Positions 29,866 through 34,159 of a DNA stretch of 34,159 nucleotides are shown here, one piece after another. A model generated the notes under the pieces. The model ran no database searches and was not told the origin of the DNA. It saw only the letters and a list, made by a program, of their open reading frames with translations. Every line of letters begins with the position of its first letter. Positions within the stretch are counted from its first letter, which is position 1. This DNA comes from Clostridia bacterium (GTDB taxonomy: Bacteria > Bacillota > Sulfobacillia > SLMV01), in contig PWGR01000175.1 in the NCBI GenBank assembly GCA_003554565.1, positions 1-34,159 on the forward strand. Reading direction: 5' to 3'. A program made the position numbers and the translations under genes.

Positions 29866-29895
29866 GGGGGGGCATTCATACAGACTGCACCCCCC
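29866..29895. terminator. G7...C6 hairpin between convergent purF and glnA (possible bidirectional terminator, no U-tract)
   Basis: The sequence GGGGGGGCATTCATACAGACTGCACCCCCC lies in the 143-nt convergent spacer. Confidence 0.3.
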
Positions 29896-29911
29896 GCATG
29901 CCAATCAAAGA

Positions 29912-31291
29912 TCACAGAGAATGCAAATATCTCTGCACTTCCCAGGGCGTGACCTCAAGCCGCGCCTCCGCTGTCTCAGTGCGCCTGGCCGCCAAGAATC
30001 TCTCGAGTATGTGGCTGCCGACAGATTCCACCACAACTTCATCCTCCTGCAGAACATCCAGAGCTTCATCGAGGGACCGGGGCAGCACATCGATGGATCG
30101 GCTGCTGAGTTCCTCTCGCGTCATGCTGTAGATATCCTCCTCCACTGGTTCCGGCGGATCAATCTCCCGTCTTATCCCGTCCAGCCCGGACTGGAGAATG
30201 GCAGCAAAGGCGAGATAGGGATTGCAGGAAGGATCCGGCGAACGGAACTCGAGCCGGGTGGAAGTCGCCGGCGTTGCAGACGAGGGAACGCGGATCAGGG
30301 CTGATCGATTGTGTCGCGCCCAGGATATATTGACCGGGGCCTCGTATCCGGGAACCAGGCGTTTGTAGGAATTCACAGTGGGATTGGCCAGCGCGGTAAT
30401 TGCCCCGATGTGACGCACCAGCCCTCCCAGGAAATGGCGGGCGATACTGGACAGGTTGTAGGGCTGGTCCGGATCGTAGAATGCATTGACACCATCGCGG
30501 AAGAGCGACAGGTGTAGATGCATGCCGGAGCCGCTCTGCCCCGTTATTGGCTTGGGCATGAATGTGGCGTGCAGATCCCGAAACCCGGCCACCGTCTTCG
30601 TCACCAGCTTGAAGGTCACAATCTTGTCTGCAGTGTCCAGGATGTCACTGTACCGGAAATTGATTTCGTGCTGCGCAGGAGCCACTTCATGATGAGCTGC
30701 CTCGATATTGAACCCCATGGAGTCCAGTGCGAGGACAATGTCCTTGCGCACTTCTTCCCCCAGATCGAGGGGGGCCAGATCGAAGTAACCACCGTAATCG
30801 TGCGTGTTGAGCGTTACGTCTCCATCGGAATCCTTTCGAAGCAGAAAGAATTCAGGTTCGGGGCCAGCACATGCAGTAAACCCCAGATCGGCTGCGCGAC
30901 CCGCGGCCCGCCGCAGAGCATAGCGAGGGTCACCCGGAAAAGATTCACCATCGGGCGTCTTCACATCACAGATAATGCGAGCTGTGCGTCGATGGCCATT
31001 GCTGATGGGCGCGAGCGGCCCCTCCGTGACATCTTCTCTCCACGGGTAGATCAGAAAGGTCTCCGGATCCGGCTGAAGATACATGTCGGATTCGTAGATA
31101 CGGGCAAACCCTTCAATGGAGGATCCGTCAAAGGCTATGCCGTCACGCAGCACCGTGGGCAGCATCCGTACAGGCACCTCTACATTTTTGGGTATGCCGG
31201 AAATGTCCGTGAACTGCAACCGCACAAAATGTACATCCTGTTCTGTGGCGAATTCGACCACGTCATCGGCTGTAGCTGGCTCGATCAACAA
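29912..31291 (-). CDS. glnA: glutamine synthetase type I (GSI-alpha-like)
   Basis: The FVRLQFTDISGIPKNVEV, GSGMHLHLSLF and NPYLAFA motifs are present. The start is probably TTG at 31291 or 31288, after GGGGGTGG. The listed 31327 start lies at the predicted transcription start. Confidence 0.92.
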   Translation of the reverse strand: MLIEPATADDVVEFATEQDVHFVRLQFTDISGIPKNVEVPVRMLPTVLRDGIAFDGSSIEGFARIYESDMYLQPDPETFLIYPWREDVTEGPLAPISNGHRRTARIICDVKTPDGESFPGDPRYALRRAAGRAADLGFTACAGPEPEFFLLRKDSDGDVTLNTHDYGGYFDLAPLDLGEEVRKDIVLALDSMGFNIEAAHHEVAPAQHEINFRYSDILDTADKIVTFKLVTKTVAGFRDLHATFMPKPITGQSGSGMHLHLSLFRDGVNAFYDPDQPYNLSSIARHFLGGLVRHIGAITALANPTVNSYKRLVPGYEAPVNISWARHNRSALIRVPSSATPATSTRLEFRSPDPSCNPYLAFAAILQSGLDGIRREIDPPEPVEEDIYSMTREELSSRSIDVLPRSLDEALDVLQEDEVVVESVGSHILERFLAARRTETAEARLEVTPWEVQRYLHSL

Positions 31292-31331
31292 CACTACCAC
31301 CCCCAACAGAGTATCTGAACATTCCAAGGAT

Positions 31332-31360
31332 AGTATAATAGAATCTTCGTACTATAGCAA
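31332..31360 (-). promoter_or_regulatory. glnA sigma-A promoter (TTGCTA-17 nt-TATACT)
   Basis: On the minus strand the -35 is at 31355-31360 and the -10 at 31332-31337, with exact 17-nt spacing. Confidence 0.6.
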
Positions 31361-31584
31361 CTATTATTGCGAGATATCGCGACATTGTTCGGGTTTTGCG
31401 TGGTGGTTAGGACTGTTTGAGAGGTGATCTCTCACCAGATGCCATGCGGATCCCACCCGAAACAGAGTAGGTTGCCCAGCCTAATGCCCCACCGGCGCAG
31501 CAGCCGGGTGAGCCCGAATGGGCCAACACATTATTGCAGGAGCTGGAGCCAGCAGATGGAGGGCATTGTGACAGCAAACGGCAA

Positions 31585-32586
31585 TCAGGACTCGTCAGAA
31601 TTAGCAGGTCCCACGTGTTTCCATAGAGTAGTGGCAGCCGCTCCCGCTGAAAGAACCAGGGGAAACCAGAAGGTGACCAGACGGGTCAGGAGGGCCACCG
31701 CGAGGCCCTCGGCCGGGGTCAATGTCCCACGCGCCAGCATGATTGCCATTGAACCCTCAAAAGTTCCCAGCCCCCCGGGAGTCAACGGAATCATACTGAG
31801 CACGTAGGCAGAGTAGGTGGAGACGACAACATTCAGTATGCCCGCATCAAGTCCGAGCATCGATGCCACGAGGTATACCTTGACCGGATAGAGCATCCAG
31901 ATGAGGGCGGAGACTGCGAGCAAGATACCGCGCTCGCTCCCGGAGACGAGATACCGTGAGTACTGCGCCGCCTCCCCGACTTGTGCCACTGTCCGACGTA
32001 ACACCGCTGAGAAGGCGCCCCGCAACCCGTCATGCTCAGACTCGGACCCATCGGGGGCGGTGCGGACATATCCTTCTTTATGGATAAGACGGAAAAAGAG
32101 GGCGAACACAAAAGCCAGAATGAGGAACGAGTACACAACCCACAATGAGAGATATTGCGTGGACACCGACGTGGCGACAACTGGAACCAGGATGGCCAGA
32201 AAAGGCAGGAGGGACAGATATTTGTGCGCCATCGCCGCACCGAGCAGCTGTCCCCCGGGAAGCCCTGTGGCCCGGCGAGAGAGGTAGATCTTTGCTGCCT
32301 CGCCCCCGACCTTCACGGAAGGCGTTACACTCTCCACAAAAGCCCCCGACAGGTGGATGACAAACGCATGGGAGAAGCTGATATTCGCCCTCAGATTGAC
32401 CAGCAGCCGATACCACTGGTATGCACTCATCGCCAGGGTGACGACCTGCAGAAAGCAGAGTAGTGCGAGGGTTAGGGAGTCGGCCTCGCTTACTGCCCAT
32501 GCCACTTCGTCGCCACCGAAAATGAGGACAAAGATCCCCACAACGAGAATGCCCAATGTCCACAAAGATGCGGTCCTGATATCCAT
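31585..32586 (-). CDS. flippase-like / lysylphosphatidylglycerol-synthase-TM-like (UPF0104) integral membrane protein
   Basis: It has about 8 TM segments and the AFVESVTPSVKVGGEAAKIYL motif typical of the LPG_synthase_TM family. The ATG at 32586 follows AGGGGA. Confidence 0.8.
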   Translation of the reverse strand: MDIRTASLWTLGILVVGIFVLIFGGDEVAWAVSEADSLTLALLCFLQVVTLAMSAYQWYRLLVNLRANISFSHAFVIHLSGAFVESVTPSVKVGGEAAKIYLSRRATGLPGGQLLGAAMAHKYLSLLPFLAILVPVVATSVSTQYLSLWVVYSFLILAFVFALFFRLIHKEGYVRTAPDGSESEHDGLRGAFSAVLRRTVAQVGEAAQYSRYLVSGSERGILLAVSALIWMLYPVKVYLVASMLGLDAGILNVVVSTYSAYVLSMIPLTPGGLGTFEGSMAIMLARGTLTPAEGLAVALLTRLVTFWFPLVLSAGAAATTLWKHVGPANSDES

Positions 32587-32659
32587 TCGTTCCCCTGTCC
32601 ACGCCATCGACTGCGGCCGATATGAGATAAGTACAAGTTGATATCGCGCCACCCGATTA

Positions 32660-32680
32660 TGATAATAACAATCATTATCA
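32660..32680. promoter_or_regulatory. Fur-family-like operator (TGATAAT-N7-ATTATCA; two overlapping 12/14 matches to the 7-1-7 Fur box)
   Basis: The + strand GATTATGATAATAACAATC matches 15/19 positions of the classical Fur consensus GATAATGATAATCATTATC. The site abuts the predicted -10 of the flippase-like gene. Confidence 0.5.
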
Positions 32681-32708
32681 ATCTAGCACCGCGTCCCGCC
32701 CCAGTCAA
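32680..32708 (-). promoter_or_regulatory. candidate promoter of the flippase-like gene (TTGACT-17 nt-TAGATT)
   Basis: On the minus strand the -35 is at 32703-32708 and the -10 at 32680-32685. Confidence 0.4.
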
Positions 32709-32736
32709 CGGGTGCTTCATCCAGCATTTTCTGATT

Positions 32737-33539
32737 GTAGAGTAGGCCATTGGCCTCACGGTTTAGGGCAATGTTTGTGTTCACTGTTTGCCCGCCCTTT
32801 CGTCTGCGGGTGTCACAATATCTCACCCATGTCGTGCAGCCAACGGCCCCTCGTCAAACCGTGCATGAGGTGCTACCTCACACGGCTTTCACCACGCGTT
32901 CACCAAACGGCATTACGCTTTCGCTTGGCCGTCCAGTACAGTGCCCTCCGAAGTTCTCACACGCCGCGATGTCGGGTGGTATTAGCCCTGTCGGGCACTC
33001 ACCGGTGCTTCCCCTCTTCGGACACATCGCGCTTCCTCGGGTCCTTCCCTCAGGTCGAGTTATGTTGTCTCGACCCTGCCAGCGGTACTATTACCCGATC
33101 CGAATCCCTCTCGCCAGGCTATCCCTTCGTGGGTCTCACTTATAGATAGCCCCGTTTCGGCGAGTAGGGCCTCCCCCGCTTTCCTACTGTGCCTTCTCCA
33201 CATGCCGCTCCCTATACACCGGGGAGGCCGCGGACATCTTCTCCCTGCCGCTCAGTCCACGATCCTGCCTTCGCCCAAATGGCTGAGGCTCGGCCCTCCC
33301 TGCACCAGCTCTCCCAGTCATTCGCGCCGGTCCTGCAGTGACGATGCATCTATGGGATTCCCTTGTGGTACAGCCTGTGGATTCGCCTCCGCTCACGGAC
33401 TGGGTTCTGGAGCGTTTGTCAGGTCGCTCAGACACACTGATCTCTCAGCATGCCCGACCTCAGGCTATCTGGCATATTCAGGGTGTTACCAGAACGACCT
33501 CCTTTCAGGTCGTTGACATCAATAGGTGTCGGGGCACAC
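32737..33539 (-). mobile_element. ORF-less group II intron (self-splicing ribozyme), about 803 nt
   Basis: The 5' end is GUGUG. EBS1 GCCAUU and EBS2 CUGCAG are complementary to the 5' flank AAUGGC and CUGCAG. Domain V is consensus-like. J5/6 is 3 nt. Domain VI has a bulged A at 32743, and the 3' end reads ...CCUACUCUAC. Many GNRA-capped helices are present. No ORF for an RT/maturase exists (details in findings). Confidence 0.75.
32856..32888 (-). ncRNA. group II intron domain V
   Basis: The sequence is AAGCCGUGU-GAGGU-AGC-ACCUC-AU-GCACGGUUU. It forms a 9-bp lower helix containing the AGC triad, a 2-nt 3' bulge and a 5-bp upper helix. This is the same layout as the consensus GAGCCGUAU-GCGAU-GAAA-GUCGC-AC-GUACGGUUC. 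Confidence 0.8.
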
Positions 33540-33586
33540 GCCATTCCCTGCAGTTCTATGTTGCCATCTACATCAAAGTGAGGGCT

Positions 33587-33781
33587 CTAACATAATGCGC
33601 CTACTCTACTCTTATAGTCGAAATAATCACTTTCCCATTGAAGTATGCCGGGCGTGATATGCGTCCAGGGCCGGCCAAGGAGGAGGTCCGCAGAAGACAG
33701 AGCATAGACATGTGGCTGAGGTGCGCCGGGCTGAGCGCCCGCAGCCGAATTGCCCATCTCTTGCTGGATGTACTGCATCAT
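33587..33781 (-). CDS. hypothetical small protein (64 aa)
   Basis: The ATG at 33781 lies 9 nt after GGAGGA. No family was recognised. The N-terminus is low-complexity (AAGAQPGAPQP). Confidence 0.4.
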   Translation of the reverse strand: MMQYIQQEMGNSAAGAQPGAPQPHVYALSSADLLLGRPWTHITPGILQWESDYFDYKSRVGALC

Positions 33782-33828
33782 GCTGGTATATCCTCCACAG
33801 GAATCACTCGCATAAATGACCTGGGGCT

Positions 33829-33984
33829 CTATTCAAACCTCTCAACCCCAGCCGAAATACCCAGCCACCCCAAGCCCATGCTCTCCACATTGCGGACATG
33901 AGTCCAGACACATGTACTGCCCGCTTTTCTGCACAGCCTGCCGCGATCCTCCCGTGCGACCATCAGGATACCGATGCTCGGCAT
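33829..33984 (-). CDS. hypothetical small protein (51 aa)
   Basis: The ATG at 33984 lies 6 nt after GGAGGGG. No family was recognised. Confidence 0.35.
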   Translation of the reverse strand: MPSIGILMVAREDRGRLCRKAGSTCVWTHVRNVESMGLGWLGISAGVERFE

Positions 33985-34159
33985 CTGACACCCCTCCGAT
34001 TCTCCGGCAGCGGAATCACCTGTCACCGCCGTCCTCACATAAACCCTCAATCCGAAGGTACGGCAGCGGCCTCAATCTCCTCACACTCCTCCCCCGCTAA
34101 AAACTCATCTATGTGCGGGATAAAGGCAAACCCAACCCCGGCAACGGTGCAGCAGCCAA

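Noticed and set aside
31368-31384. TGTCGCGATATCTCGCA upstream of glnA might be a GlnR/TnrA box (TGTNA-N7-TNACA).
   Set aside because: Both half-sites deviate at the conserved A, the deviations are not symmetric, and the site lies upstream of the -35. It is not convincing.
33721-33760. The + strand GTGCGCCGGGCTGAGCG looks like a group II intron 5' end in the opposite orientation.
   Set aside because: It lies inside the SD-led 64-aa minus-strand ORF. No domain V-like element follows on the + strand before the window ends, so it is probably coincidental.
32700-34159. The ORF-poor 1.4 kb might be an rRNA, RNase P RNA, tmRNA or SRP RNA gene.
   Set aside because: None of the universally conserved strings I know for these RNAs is present on either strand. 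I checked the 16S 515/1492 regions, 23S peptidyl-transferase segments, RNase P GGAAAGUCCGGGC, the tmRNA tRNA-like end, and the SRP GGAA-tetraloop helix 8. Group II intron hallmarks fit instead.
34109-34159. Possible 3' end of a minus-strand CDS (…LAAAPLPGLGLPLSRT*) at the window edge.
   Set aside because: Only 16 codons are visible, too few to support a call.
1-34159. Searched for CRISPR arrays, tRNA genes, IS elements/transposases, integrases, toxin-antitoxin pairs and known defence-system genes.
   Set aside because: No regularly spaced direct repeats, no cloverleaf-compatible segments, and no translations with transposase, integrase or nuclease signatures were noticed. The only mobile-element signal is the group II intron.

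Overview
This 34.2-kb chromosomal window comes from a moderately GC-rich, Firmicutes-like bacterium (three T-box leaders, strong GGAGG-type Shine-Dalgarno sites, GSI-alpha type glnA). Most of it is core metabolism. On the minus strand: T-box-regulated proS, a Lon-like protease, a CPA2 antiporter with a P-II-like protein, and a YibE/F gene interrupted by one in-frame TGA. Next come an M20 amidohydrolase and a small lipoprotein (both plus strand), then a DRG-like GTPase / unknown / MBL-hydrolase operon and a four-gene ABC-2/GldG/DUF4340 transporter operon. A complete trpE-G-D-(CF)-B-A operon sits behind a tandem T-box leader. purS-Q-L-F runs divergently from it, glnA is convergent, and a flippase-like membrane protein sits behind a Fur-like operator. 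The stand-out is the ORF-poor last 1.4 kb. Minus strand 32737-33539 carries the hallmark set of a group II intron ribozyme: a GUGUG 5' end, EBS1/EBS2 complementary to the 5' flank, a consensus-like domain V, and a bulged branch A 6 nt from the 3' end. It has no reverse-transcriptase/maturase ORF and an oddly enlarged region between domain V and the 3' end. No CRISPR array, tRNA, rRNA, transposase or recognisable defence genes were seen. All calls come from reading the sequence and ORF translations by eye; no database search was run.
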